Source: Daejeonella sp. (GTDB lineage: Bacteria; Bacteroidota; Bacteroidia; Sphingobacteriales; Sphingobacteriaceae). Taken from it: a stretch of DNA of 48,162 nt. Of the stretch, positions 1-9,718 are shown piece after piece. Both the position numbers and the translations under genes were made by a program. The notes under the pieces are model-generated. The model did not search any database. It worked only from the letters and a program-made list of their open reading frames with translations, and was not told the origin of the DNA. How positions within the stretch are numbered: the stretch's first letter is position 1; each line of letters starts with the position of its first letter. The stretch spans positions 1 through 48,162 of the forward strand of contig NZ_JBIILQ010000001.1 of assembly GCF_044232565.1 (NCBI RefSeq), read 5' to 3'.

Positions 1-26
1 CCAACTATACCGCATTGTAACGCCAT
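1..26 (-). CDS. ychF: 5' end of redox-regulated ATPase/Obg-like GTPase YchF (runs off the window edge)
   Basis: Reverse complement of 1-26 reads ATG GCG TTA CAA TGC GGT ATA GTT GG = MALQCGIVG, the typical YchF N-terminus (continues LPNVGKS). A TATCTTTG promoter element lies upstream at 115-122. Not in the ORF track. Confidence 0.75.
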
Positions 27-114
27 TTGAATGAATTGTAATTTGTATAAATATTTAAAATAATAGACTAAGCTAATATTCTAATGAATTTTGCCGTATT
101 TTCTCTATTTGCCG

Positions 115-122
115 CAAAGATA
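115..122 (-). promoter_or_regulatory. Bacteroidota housekeeping promoter -7 element (TATCTTTG) for ychF
   Basis: caaagata on + = TATCTTTG on -, an exact match to the TAnnTTTG consensus, upstream of the ychF ATG. Confidence 0.6.
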
Positions 123-216
123 GAAATTATGTTTTGAGTTTTTCTCGGAGATTATAATGCATTTGAAATTCCTGTTTTTAGAGCCTATCTTTATTGCTTC
201 GTTAAGATTATACCCT

Positions 217-256
217 AAATAAAAACCCCCAATTCAAAATAATTGAATTGGGGGTT
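217..256 (-). terminator. Intrinsic terminator of the DUF3276 gene
   Basis: 14-bp stem AACCCCCAATTCAA (224-237) / TTGAATTGGGGGTT (243-256), 5-nt loop, T-rich tail on the minus strand. Confidence 0.85.
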
Positions 257-286
257 AATATTAAATTAAGATCTGATTTTTTGGTA

Positions 287-616
287 TTAGATCTCAAATG
301 AAAAATCATCATCAGCCTTTGATTGCTCATTATGATTTTCCGAATATTCGTATCGTTTTTCAACAACTTCTTGATTAGCCTTTATGTAATCAATGGTTTC
401 TTTTAAACCTTCAGCAAATTTTTCGAAATCTTCTTTGTAAAGAAAAATCTTATGTTTTATAAAAACACCATCTTCCAAACGTTTTTTACTTTCAGTTACG
501 GTAACATAGTAATCATTTGAACGCGTAGCTTTAACATCAAAAAAGTAGGTGCGTTTCCCAGCTCTTACCTTCTTCGAAAAAACTTCTTCTCTTTCTTTGT
601 TGTCGAAATCTCCCAT
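287..616 (-). CDS. DUF3276 / PUR-like nucleic-acid-binding protein
   Basis: EEVFSKKVRAGKRTYFFDVKATRSNDYYVTVTESKK...KHKIFLYKEDFEKF is the DUF3276 signature. The likely start is ATG 616 (MGDFDN), not 667. Confidence 0.85.
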   Translation of the reverse strand: MGDFDNKEREEVFSKKVRAGKRTYFFDVKATRSNDYYVTVTESKKRLEDGVFIKHKIFLYKEDFEKFAEGLKETIDYIKANQEVVEKRYEYSENHNEQSKADDDFSFEI

Positions 617-769
617 TGATTTATTTATTTTTATGGGTAAATATAATAGATATTCGGAAAGTAACAAATTGATTTTTCTTTCTGAATTAACAATAGTTCA
701 GAAACAAATCTTTTCGTGTCTAATTTGGGATGAATTATTCTTTGGTTTTTGCTATTAAATAACTGATTG

Positions 770-2554
770 TTAGGGTTTTTGTTCTTCTAATAACTGCTTT
801 TCATATAAGTCGAAATAACTTCCTTTCAAGGTAATTAAGGCCTCATGCGTACCTTGCTCAATAATTTTTCCTTCATCCATTACCAAAATATTGTCGGCAT
901 TTTTAATACTAGATACTCTGTGTGCAATTAAAATGCTCGTTTTATCTTTCATTAAACAACTTAAATTGTTTAATATTTGCTCTTCTGTATGAGTGTCAAT
1001 TGCCGATAAACAATCGTCGAAAATAAGAAGCTTTGGTGCTTTAATTATAGCTCTAGCTATAGAGAGTCTTTGTTTTTGTCCGCCAGAAAGACTTATTCCA
1101 CGCTCCCCAATCATCGTTTTAAATCCCTTTTCAAAGCCTATAATATTTTCATACAGTGCTGCATCTTTTGCCGCTTGTTCTACTTGGCTATCCTCAGCAA
1201 CAGATAAACCAAAAGCTATGTTATTGTAGATGGTGTCTGAAAACAAGAAAACTTCTTGTGGAACAAAGCCAATTTGATCACGAAAATGAGTCAAATCTAA
1301 ATCCTTAATTACTTGTTTGTCAAATAAAATATCACCTTGGTCGACATCATACATACGCATCAAGAGATTGGCGATGGTTGATTTACCAGAGCCTGTTCGC
1401 CCAATTATTGCTAAAAACTGACCTCTATCAACTTTAAAGGATATATTTTTAATTGCTTCGATACCGGTGTCCGGATACCTAAAGCTGACATCTTTAAATT
1501 CTATCGATCCAGTTAAATTTATCTTCTTATTCGAAACGGATCTTATTTCAGGTGCTGTTTTCAAAAATTCATTAATCCTTTTTTGGGATGCAGAAGCTCT
1601 CTGAATGAGTGATGTTACCCATCCTAAGGAGGTAACTGGAAAGGTTAACTGACTCACATACACGATAAACTCTGCGATATTACCTGATGAAATGTTACCA
1701 TTCATTACTTCAACACCTCCAATATACACGGTAGCAATAGTGCTTAATCCTACTAGTAATAGCATTATTGGATAAAATAAGGCTTGTACTTGAACCAGGC
1801 TCATTGAATGTGTTTTATAATCTTCACTTTCCTGATTAAACTTTTTGCGGATATCATCCTCACGTACATAGGATTTAACTACTCTAATGCCAGAAAAACT
1901 TTCTTGAACGAAACTCGACATCGAAGATAATTGCTCCTGTATTTTTTCACTTCTTTTATTAATTATCGTGTGTACATAATAAATAGTTACCGCAAGTAAT
2001 GGCAAAGGCAAGAGTGAAAATATGGTTAGTCGGGCATTAACATTAAACATGGCCACAATTATTAAAATAAACAGCACTGCGGTGTTAATGGTGTACATTA
2101 TTGCCGGACCCAAATACATTCTTACCCTACTTACATCTTCCGTAACTCGATTCATTAGATCGCCCGTATTATTACGTCGATAAAATGCCATCGAAAGTTT
2201 TTGATAATGCTGATAAATCTCATTTTTGAGGTCGTATTCGATATGTCGAGACATGAGGATAATTGTTTGCCTCATAAAAAAGAGGAAAATACCTCTAAAT
2301 AAAGCGAGCGCAAGAACAGTAAGTCCGAAAAACAATAAACTTTGCCCAAAAACCATGGCAATCATATCTTGTTTTTCAAAACCATTAAAAAGTTTATATA
2401 TGGCAATATTTTCGTTTACTAAGTCGAAAGCAATGCGAATTACTTGAGCTGGTAATACTGCAAATAGATTCGAAATAATCACGAATAGAATTCCTGGCAA
2501 AAATCGCCAGCGATATTTGTAGAAAAATTTATTGAGATAGGCTAGTTCTTTCAT
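770..2554 (-). CDS. ABC exporter, fused permease + ATPase (MsbA/MdlB-like)
   Basis: N-terminal TM domain, Walker A GRTGSGKST, signature LSGGQKQR, Walker B LIFDD, H-loop IAHR. Confidence 0.92.
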   Translation of the reverse strand: MKELAYLNKFFYKYRWRFLPGILFVIISNLFAVLPAQVIRIAFDLVNENIAIYKLFNGFEKQDMIAMVFGQSLLFFGLTVLALALFRGIFLFFMRQTIILMSRHIEYDLKNEIYQHYQKLSMAFYRRNNTGDLMNRVTEDVSRVRMYLGPAIMYTINTAVLFILIIVAMFNVNARLTIFSLLPLPLLAVTIYYVHTIINKRSEKIQEQLSSMSSFVQESFSGIRVVKSYVREDDIRKKFNQESEDYKTHSMSLVQVQALFYPIMLLLVGLSTIATVYIGGVEVMNGNISSGNIAEFIVYVSQLTFPVTSLGWVTSLIQRASASQKRINEFLKTAPEIRSVSNKKINLTGSIEFKDVSFRYPDTGIEAIKNISFKVDRGQFLAIIGRTGSGKSTIANLLMRMYDVDQGDILFDKQVIKDLDLTHFRDQIGFVPQEVFLFSDTIYNNIAFGLSVAEDSQVEQAAKDAALYENIIGFEKGFKTMIGERGISLSGGQKQRLSIARAIIKAPKLLIFDDCLSAIDTHTEEQILNNLSCLMKDKTSILIAHRVSSIKNADNILVMDEGKIIEQGTHEALITLKGSYFDLYEKQLLEEQKP

Positions 2555-2569
2555 GCTTTAGCTATCCAA

Positions 2570-2577
2570 CAAAAATA
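2570..2577 (-). promoter_or_regulatory. -7 promoter element (TATTTTTG) of the ABC exporter
   Basis: Matches TAnnTTTG about 15 nt upstream of the ATG. Confidence 0.55.
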
Positions 2578-2837
2578 GGAATTTATGTTTTAGCTAAAGG
2601 ATTACAATAGCAGTGTTTTTTAGGAATTAAAATAATCTCAGTATAAGTTTTTAAAGCATCAAATTTTAAATTTTATAAGTATTTGACAATGAGTCTTCTA
2701 GTTTATGAATAGTTCGATTTATTTTTTATCTTTTTGTTTTTTTTAGGATTCAGTTGTTTTTTACGAGTAAAAATTGATGTTATTTTAAATTTAATTGATT
2801 TAGCGTGTTGAATTGGGGCATAGTTTGGAAATTTTAC

Positions 2838-2845
2838 TACTTTTG
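2838..2845 (+). promoter_or_regulatory. -7 promoter element (TACTTTTG) of the Leu dehydrogenase-nusB operon
   Basis: Matches TAnnTTTG 23 nt upstream of ATG 2869. Confidence 0.55.
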
Positions 2846-2868
2846 TGACGTAAAGAGAGCAAGCTAAT

Positions 2869-3957
2869 ATGATATTATCCCAATTTGATGAACATTCAGT
2901 TTTTAGTCAGCTTGATGCTTTCAGCCATCAAAAAGTAATTTATTGTAGTGATCCCAGTACCGGATTAAAGGCAATTATCGCTATTCATGATACCACTTTA
3001 GGCCCAGCATTGGGTGGAACTCGAATGCAGCCGTATAAATCTGAAGCCGAGGCTTTGCAGGATGTTTTACGTTTGTCGCGAAGCATGACTTATAAAGCTG
3101 CAATTACAGGGTTGAATTTGGGTGGCGGAAAAGCAGTAATCATTGGAGACAGTCGTTTGCACAAATCGGAAGCTCTGATGCGCCGCTTTGGTCGTTTCAT
3201 CGAAAACCTAAATGGCTCTTTTATTACGGCTGAAGATGTAGGTACTAATCCTCGAGACATGGAATATATTCGTATGGAAACGAAGCATGTTACTGGAATT
3301 CCCGAGTCAATTGGGGGTAGTGGAGATCCATCACCTGTGACTGCTAAAGGTGTTTTTATGGGAATAAAAGCATGTTTAAAGGAGCATTTTGGCAATGATA
3401 GCCTTGCAGGTAAATCAATTGCCGTTCAAGGTACAGGGCAGGTCGGTGAAAATCTGATAAGTTTACTTAGAAATGAAAATGCTAAGGTTTATATCAGTGA
3501 TATTAATGAAGAACGATTAGCACAGGTTGCTCAAAAATATGGAGCAACTGCCGTCTCAAACAATAGTATTTTCGACCTTGATATTGATGTTTATTCTCCT
3601 TGTGCGCTTGGAGCGACGGTAAATACGGAAACAATCAACCGCTTAAAATGTTCAATTATTGCTGGTTCAGCAAACAATCAGCTTGCTGATGAGGTGGTAC
3701 ATGGTAATTTATTATTGAAGAAAGGTATTATGTATGCTCCAGATTATTTGATTAATGCCGGCGGACTAATCAATTGTTATTCTGAAATTGCTGGCTTTAG
3801 TAAGAAAAAAACTCTTCAATTAACGGAGAACATTTACGATGCTACCAGAAGAGTTATACAGAAATCAAAACTTGAAAATATTCCAACTTATGAAGCAGCA
3901 AATAAAATTGCTGAAAAACGAATTGAGGATATTAAAAAAATAAAATCATCCTATTAA
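2869..3957 (+). CDS. Glu/Leu/Phe/Val dehydrogenase, most likely leucine dehydrogenase
   Basis: IAIHDTTLGPALGGTR, MTYK, GGGKAVI (catalytic Lys), TAEDVG, GTGQVG Rossmann motif, GSANNQL, YAPDYLINAGG. Confidence 0.9.
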   Translation: MILSQFDEHSVFSQLDAFSHQKVIYCSDPSTGLKAIIAIHDTTLGPALGGTRMQPYKSEAEALQDVLRLSRSMTYKAAITGLNLGGGKAVIIGDSRLHKSEALMRRFGRFIENLNGSFITAEDVGTNPRDMEYIRMETKHVTGIPESIGGSGDPSPVTAKGVFMGIKACLKEHFGNDSLAGKSIAVQGTGQVGENLISLLRNENAKVYISDINEERLAQVAQKYGATAVSNNSIFDLDIDVYSPCALGATVNTETINRLKCSIIAGSANNQLADEVVHGNLLLKKGIMYAPDYLINAGGLINCYSEIAGFSKKKTLQLTENIYDATRRVIQKSKLENIPTYEAANKIAEKRIEDIKKIKSSY

Positions 3958-3997
3958 TTTTTTTTAGGATCTATTAAACATAAAATCGTTCTTATAC

Positions 3998-4945
3998 ATG
4001 TTAAACAGAAGGCATCTGAGGGTTAAAGCGTTGCAGGTATTATATTCCTATCAGCAATCGCAGGTTAAAGAAATATTACCCTATGAAAAGGCTTTGCTTC
4101 AAAGTGTTGATAAGGTATTTGAAATGTACATTTTACTTTTGTCATTATTGATTGAAGTAGCTGATTACAGTATAATTGATGCTGAAGAGCGTGCAAACAA
4201 GCATTTACCTTCAGAGGAAGACCTTAATGCAAGCGTTAAAATTCAAAATAATTTATTTATTGTTTCTTTGAAGCAAAACCCCGAATACCTTGCTGCAGTA
4301 AAAAAATATAAGATTTCATGGGATTTTGATCCTGAAGTGTGTAAATCCATTTTTATTACGTTGAAGGCTTCCGAAGAGTATCAATCTTTCCTTAATCTTA
4401 CAGATCATACTATTCAAAAAGACAAGGATATCATTAAGTATATTTTCAAAAAATTAATCCTTAAATCTCCAGGCATTGAGCAGATATTTGATGAGAAATT
4501 TATTAACTGGTCTGTTGATAAGGATGTACTTCAAGCCCTAGTTGCCAAAACATTTAAGAATTTCTCAAGTACCAAACCCGAAGAAAATAAGTTAGCCGAA
4601 ATATGCCCTAATTGGGATGAAGACCGCCTTTTTTTAATTGAATTATTCAAAAAGGTAATTGCCTTTGAGAAAGAATATCAGGAATTAATTGCACAAAAAA
4701 CAAAAAATTGGGACTCTGAACGAATTGCTTTAATGGATACTTTGTTGATGCGAATGGCCATTACAGAGTTGATTCATTTTTCTACAATTCCAATCAAAGT
4801 AACTATGAATGAGTACATTGAATTATCGAAAGAATTCAGTACACCTAAAAGCAATTCATTTATAAACGGTATTTTAGATAAAATTTTAGCAGATTTGAAG
4901 TCGTCTGGTAAAGTTAAAAAGACTGGAAGAGGCTTATTAGAATAA
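3998..4945 (+). CDS. nusB: Transcription antitermination factor NusB (long Bacteroidota form)
   Basis: MLNRRHLRVKALQ N-terminus; C-terminal NWDSERIALMD...PIKVTMNEYIELSKEFSTPKSNSFINGILD. Confidence 0.93.
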   Translation: MLNRRHLRVKALQVLYSYQQSQVKEILPYEKALLQSVDKVFEMYILLLSLLIEVADYSIIDAEERANKHLPSEEDLNASVKIQNNLFIVSLKQNPEYLAAVKKYKISWDFDPEVCKSIFITLKASEEYQSFLNLTDHTIQKDKDIIKYIFKKLILKSPGIEQIFDEKFINWSVDKDVLQALVAKTFKNFSSTKPEENKLAEICPNWDEDRLFLIELFKKVIAFEKEYQELIAQKTKNWDSERIALMDTLLMRMAITELIHFSTIPIKVTMNEYIELSKEFSTPKSNSFINGILDKILADLKSSGKVKKTGRGLLE

Positions 4946-4951
4946 GAATAT

Positions 4952-5398
4952 ATGAAAAAAATCTTGAGTTTCCTAGTTTTATTGTCGTTTTTAGCGGCCT
5001 GCACCAATCAAACACCAACGGTCTCAAAAACTGTAGATCAAAATCCATTGACTGCTACTGATTCAGTTGATAATTCAAATTTACCAGCCTTTAAATTTGA
5101 AAAAGAGGTTTTTGATTTTGGAGAGATTAAAGAAGGAGAGAAGGTTAGCTACGATTTTAAATTTAAAAATATTGGAAATGCACCTCTAATAATTAGCAGT
5201 GCAACAGCTACTTGTGGTTGTACAATCCCGGAATACCCTTCAGAGCCACTTGCGCCGGGTGCGGAGGGAGTTATTCGAGTAGTTTTTAATAGTAGCGGTA
5301 AACCTGGTATGCAAAACAAGATTGTAAGCATAACCGCAAATACAAACCCTACACTTACTGAACTGAATATATTAGGTAATGTTTTGTCTAAAGAATAA
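4952..5398 (+). CDS. DUF1573 domain lipoprotein
   Basis: Lipobox LAAC; FDFGEI...FKFKNIGNAPLIIS...ATCGCTIP...PLAPG. Confidence 0.88.
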   Translation: MKKILSFLVLLSFLAACTNQTPTVSKTVDQNPLTATDSVDNSNLPAFKFEKEVFDFGEIKEGEKVSYDFKFKNIGNAPLIISSATATCGCTIPEYPSEPLAPGAEGVIRVVFNSSGKPGMQNKIVSITANTNPTLTELNILGNVLSKE

Positions 5399-5422
5399 TA
5401 AAAACCAAAAATAAAATAGAAT

Positions 5423-5713
5423 ATGAATATGGAACAAATCGGGCAGTTTTTACCTATGCTGCTAATTATTGTGGTGTTTTACTTTTTTATGATTCGCCCA
5501 CAAATGAAAAAGGCAAAAGATCATAAAAAGTTTGTTGCAGACTTAAAAAAAGGTGATAAAGTGATTACTTTATCAGGAATCCATGGTAAAATTGTCGACT
5601 TAAACGATACTACTTTCCTAATTGAAGTGGAGAGCGGTACTAAAATTCGTTTTGAAAAATCTGCAGTTTCTTTAGAGGCATCTCAAGCTCTTAATCAAAC
5701 TTCAGCCAAGTAA
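5423..5713 (+). CDS. yajC: Preprotein translocase subunit YajC
   Basis: Single TM followed by YFFMIRPQ, LKKGDKVITLSGIHG. Confidence 0.93.
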   Translation: MNMEQIGQFLPMLLIIVVFYFFMIRPQMKKAKDHKKFVADLKKGDKVITLSGIHGKIVDLNDTTFLIEVESGTKIRFEKSAVSLEASQALNQTSAK

Positions 5714-5734
5714 TTAATTAAAAAATTTAAGGAT

Positions 5735-5761
5735 CGCCGCTTCTATTGAAGCGGCGTTTTT
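5735..5761 (+). terminator. Intrinsic terminator after yajC
   Basis: CGCCGCTTC-TATT-GAAGCGGCG followed by TTTTT. Confidence 0.85.
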
Positions 5762-5793
5762 ATTTTAGCTAAATTTGAATAAGGATATTATAC

Positions 5794-6741
5794 ATGCCAT
5801 TTATAAAGTTTAGTCCACTCGAACGTCGCCGAATTTCAATTTTCTTCGTCTGCTTTATTTTCGCAGTTGGAGCATGGATATTCATTGCACTTTCAAATAG
5901 CTATATTTATCAAGTTCAAACAATAGTTCGTTTTGTTAATATCCCTGATAATAAGGCATTCAACCCCTTGCAATCGGATACCCTAGATCTTCGAGTTGAA
6001 GGTACCGGCTGGCAACTGTTGTTCTCTAAATTGAGGATTAATCCTCAATCAGTAGATGTTGATCTAGAGAAGCTTAAAAAGCAATCATTTGTTGATCTTT
6101 CAACTCAACTTTTTGCCATTAACCAACAGTTTCAATCCAATCAGAAAGTGATTGGAATCCGTCCCGATACACTTTATTTTGACTTTTCATCTCGAGCGTT
6201 AAAAAAAATACCAATTCGTGTAAATTCTAATATTCGCTTTCAAAATAATTTTGGCATCTCCGATAAAATTGAAATTTCTCCTTCCTTTGTTACTGTCTCA
6301 GGTCCTCAAAATGAGTTAGATAAACTTGATTATTGGTATACAGATTCCTTAATGTTAAAAAATATCAATACTAATATTAGTACTAGAATATCACTTAATA
6401 GTCCGTTGAAAGCTAATATTAGTATTTATCCCCGTGCGGTAGACCTTAAAATTATTGTTGATGAATACACTGAAAAGGTGGTTGAGGTGCCTGTTAAATT
6501 AATTAACAATAATGAATTTAGAAATGTGAAATTGCTTCCAGATAAAGTTAAAATTACTTTTTTGACTGCATTGAGTAATTATAAAAAGATTGACCGAGGT
6601 AATTTTGAGCTGACTGCCGATTTAGACAAATGGAAATTAAAAGGCTATAAACAACTGCCTGTGCTGATTAGTAAATTTCCGGAATATTGTGAATTAGTGA
6701 AAATCGAGCCTCAAAATTTAGATTTTATTATTCAAAAATGA
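5794..6741 (+). CDS. YbbR/CdaR-like membrane-anchored protein
   Basis: N-terminal TM, repeated beta-rich units (ISPSFVTVSGP, EKVVEVPV, LLPDKVKITF), and the position between yajC and coaE typical of Bacteroidota. Confidence 0.75.
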   Translation: MPFIKFSPLERRRISIFFVCFIFAVGAWIFIALSNSYIYQVQTIVRFVNIPDNKAFNPLQSDTLDLRVEGTGWQLLFSKLRINPQSVDVDLEKLKKQSFVDLSTQLFAINQQFQSNQKVIGIRPDTLYFDFSSRALKKIPIRVNSNIRFQNNFGISDKIEISPSFVTVSGPQNELDKLDYWYTDSLMLKNINTNISTRISLNSPLKANISIYPRAVDLKIIVDEYTEKVVEVPVKLINNNEFRNVKLLPDKVKITFLTALSNYKKIDRGNFELTADLDKWKLKGYKQLPVLISKFPEYCELVKIEPQNLDFIIQK

Positions 6742-7346
6742 TGCTTAAAATAGGAATTACAGGCGGGATAGGTAGCGGTAAAACAACCGTATGTAAGGTT
6801 TTTGAATTACTAGGAATTCCAGTTTTTTATGCTGATAATGTCGCAAAATCAATCATGCAGACTGATCTTCAATTGAAAAATGAAATCCTTAGTGCATTCG
6901 GACCTCAATCTTATTCGATCGATGGCTTGCTAAATAGATCCTATATTTCATCTATCGTTTTTAAAGATGAATTGCAGTTGAAAAGATTAAATTCTATCGT
7001 TCATCCAGCTGTTTTTAGGGCTTTCGATCAATGGATCGTCAATCAAAGCGGTGCTCCCTATATTCTTAAAGAGGCTGCTCTTTTGTTTGAAAGTGAATCC
7101 TATAAAATGTGTGATCTTTCAATTTTGGTAATTTCTCCTGATGCTATTCGTATTCGTCGGGTTATAGCTAGAGATCATATCAGTAAAGAGGAAATTGTGC
7201 TAAGAATGAAACGTCAGTTTACAGATGAGCAAAAAATGAAATTGGCAGACCAGGTGCTTATAAATGATGAAAATTGTTTATTAATTCCTCAAATATTATC
7301 GCTGCATCAGCAATTTCTTAAAATTAGTAGCAATCATGATTATTGA
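6738..7346 (+). CDS. coaE: Dephospho-CoA kinase
   Basis: KIGITGGIGSGKTT, FYAD, LNSIVHPAV, KEAALLFES. Confidence 0.95.
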   Translation: MMLKIGITGGIGSGKTTVCKVFELLGIPVFYADNVAKSIMQTDLQLKNEILSAFGPQSYSIDGLLNRSYISSIVFKDELQLKRLNSIVHPAVFRAFDQWIVNQSGAPYILKEAALLFESESYKMCDLSILVISPDAIRIRRVIARDHISKEEIVLRMKRQFTDEQKMKLADQVLINDENCLLIPQILSLHQQFLKISSNHDY

Positions 7347-8286
7347 GGATTTTCTAATTCTTAACGAAATCGGGTTATATTGCCGCCATGGTAATTTTTA
7401 CCTCGACCCTAAGAGTCCCGTGAATCAGGCAATAATATCACACGCACATGGTGATCATGCGGTTAGGGGCAATGAAAATGTCTATTGTACGGCTGCTACT
7501 GCCGCCATCATGCAACACCGATACCATAAACAAGCAGGAAAAGTTTTTTTCATTCATTCTTGGTTGGAAACTTTTGAATTAAATGGTGTTCTAATCAGCT
7601 TTATTCCTGCAGGGCATATTTTAGGTTCTGCACAAATTTTAATGGAATATGCTGGGGTAAGATATTTGTATACTGGTGATTATAAGTTGCAGGATGATCC
7701 AACCTGTGAGGGAATTGAATTTGTGAAGGCAGATGTATTAATCACTGAAACTACCTTTGCTGATCCTTCAGTTCAGCATCCAAACGCTATTGATGAGATT
7801 AAAAAGTTCGGTCAGATGAATCATAATATTTTATTGGGTGCGTATTCTTTAGGTAAAGCTCAAAGGCTCACGCGACTGCTAACAGATCATTGTCCGCAAC
7901 GTAGCACGTTTGTCCATCATTCTATTTTTAGTCTCAATAAACTTTATGAGTCCTTCGGATTTAACGTTGGCACATACGAGCTTTATAATAGAAAATCAAT
8001 GAAACAGCCTGATCAGAATTTAGTCTATATGGTGCCCCCGCTGACTTTCAACAGCTATATCAGGGCGAAAAATGTAGTTAGGGTTTTTGCTTCAGGCTGG
8101 ATGCGACTTCAAAGAAATAATGACCTCCAATTATTGATTTCTGATCATGTAGACTGGAACGACATTATTTTGATGTTAAAGGAAGTTGAACCAAAGCAAG
8201 TTTGGACCCTTCATGGTGATGGAACTTATTTAAAAGAGCATTTTAAAGATAAATTATTAGTAAAATTGTTAAACCATGCTCATTGA
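7336..8286 (+). CDS. MBL/beta-CASP fold nuclease (ligase-associated DNA-damage exonuclease-like)
   Basis: ISHAHGDH, AGHILGSA, YTGDYK, ITETTF, YSLGKAQR, SDHVDW and LHG motifs. Confidence 0.82.
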   Translation: MIIEDFLILNEIGLYCRHGNFYLDPKSPVNQAIISHAHGDHAVRGNENVYCTAATAAIMQHRYHKQAGKVFFIHSWLETFELNGVLISFIPAGHILGSAQILMEYAGVRYLYTGDYKLQDDPTCEGIEFVKADVLITETTFADPSVQHPNAIDEIKKFGQMNHNILLGAYSLGKAQRLTRLLTDHCPQRSTFVHHSIFSLNKLYESFGFNVGTYELYNRKSMKQPDQNLVYMVPPLTFNSYIRAKNVVRVFASGWMRLQRNNDLQLLISDHVDWNDIILMLKEVEPKQVWTLHGDGTYLKEHFKDKLLVKLLNHAH

Positions 8287-8434
8287 AAACATTGATTATT
8301 ACTTAGACGAGGAAGGGAACCTTGTATTTACAGAAGCCTATCATTCAAAAAGAGGGACTTGTTGTAAAAACAAATGCAAGCACTGCCCCTGGAAATACGG
8401 TCAAACAAAACAACCAGAAGGGGAAATTAATTAA
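8276..8434 (+). CDS. Small Cys-rich protein, DUF5522-like (52 aa)
   Basis: Translated by hand: MLIENIDYYLDEEGNLVFTEAYHSKRGTCCKNKCKHCPWKYGQTKQPEGEIN. DYY..VFT..H.KRG.CC...C.HCP is the DUF5522 pattern. Below the ORF-track size cutoff. Confidence 0.8.
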   Translation: MLIENIDYYLDEEGNLVFTEAYHSKRGTCCKNKCKHCPWKYGQTKQPEGEIN

Positions 8435-8490
8435 TATTAAAACTTTTGTTTGTTGGGCTTTAATGCATTTCTAAACAACTAGAAATTAAA

Positions 8491-8940
8491 ATGGAAATAG
8501 GAAAAGAAATTGATAATCATAAGTTTGAAAATAATCACCAAAAGTCGATTGTTAATCTTATTTATACCTACGGCTGGATAACAAATTTACTTGGAGAAAA
8601 GCTCAATAAATATGATATAACCCTTCAGCAATATAATGTCATGCGTATTTTGCGTGGCCAGCATCCTAATCCTGCAACTATTAATTTAATTAAAGTGCGC
8701 ATGCTAGATAAAATGTCTGATGCTTCCAGGATTGTTGAACGCTTAGTTCATAAGGAATTGGTTGGTCGAACTATAAATACGAATGATCGACGCTCTGTAG
8801 ATATTCTTATCACCAAAAAGGGACTCGATATCTTGGTTAAATTAGACACTGAATTATTATTTGATAAAATTCTTGGAAAAGATTTTAATAATCTGGATGC
8901 CGGTATGATGAGTGATTTGCTTGATAAAATGAGGGCTTAG
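8491..8940 (+). CDS. MarR family transcriptional regulator
   Basis: ITLQQYNVMRILRG, MLDKMSDASRIVERL, DRRSVDILITKKG. Confidence 0.9.
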   Translation: MEIGKEIDNHKFENNHQKSIVNLIYTYGWITNLLGEKLNKYDITLQQYNVMRILRGQHPNPATINLIKVRMLDKMSDASRIVERLVHKELVGRTINTNDRRSVDILITKKGLDILVKLDTELLFDKILGKDFNNLDAGMMSDLLDKMRA

Positions 8941-9004
8941 TTTTAAACCAAATTATAATAATCTATTAATCAGACAAGATATAGCTTCTCTCAACTAACA
9001 ATAG

Positions 9005-9718
9005 CTAGTTTAAGAAAAATCCCAATAAGGCGATTCCGATTCCAATCAAAACAGCGATCGCCTTTTTTAAATTGAATTTATGGTCTACACTTGATTCGAA
9101 GAGGATAGTAGTAGAAATGTGCAGGAAAATACCAATTACAACTGCCATAATTTGATCAAAATAGACTTCTATGTTTCCAATAGATCCTTGTCCCATTTCG
9201 AAGCTTAACCAATAGCCCAAAGGGCTCATTAGGGCGAACAATACAAGAAGGCCAGAAACACTTCTCTTACTTAGTTTATTTTCTAGTAAAACGCTTCCTA
9301 ATGCGAATGCTGCTGGAATGTGATGTAAGGCTATGCCATAAACAAGCTCTTGATGTTGTCCTTGTGCTAAAGGCATACCTTCAAGGAAGGCATGTAAACA
9401 CAAACTGATCATTATTCCAAATGGGAATACGACATGTTGGTGACTATGTTTATGAATATGGCCATGTTCAATTCCCTCAGAAAATTGTTCCATGAAAATT
9501 TGAAGAAGAAAACCCCCAAGAATAAAAAGACCAATTTGTGGATTATTTGAAGAGTAAACGTCAGGCATTAAATGCAAAACGGTTATAGCAAATAAATAGG
9601 CTCCACTGAAAGATAAAACCAATTTCAAACGGTTTGAATTGTCTTTTTTGAATATAAAAATTGCAATTCCCCCCAATAAAGAACTGCTAAATAGTAAAAT
9701 CAGTTCCCAGATTTCCAT
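9005..9718 (-). CDS. ZIP family metal transporter
   Basis: Multiple TMs, HLMPD, His-rich loop EHGHIHKHSHQH, LHAFLEG, HHIP. Confidence 0.88.
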   Translation of the reverse strand: MEIWELILLFSSSLLGGIAIFIFKKDNSNRLKLVLSFSGAYLFAITVLHLMPDVYSSNNPQIGLFILGGFLLQIFMEQFSEGIEHGHIHKHSHQHVVFPFGIMISLCLHAFLEGMPLAQGQHQELVYGIALHHIPAAFALGSVLLENKLSKRSVSGLLVLFALMSPLGYWLSFEMGQGSIGNIEVYFDQIMAVVIGIFLHISTTILFESSVDHKFNLKKAIAVLIGIGIALLGFFLN

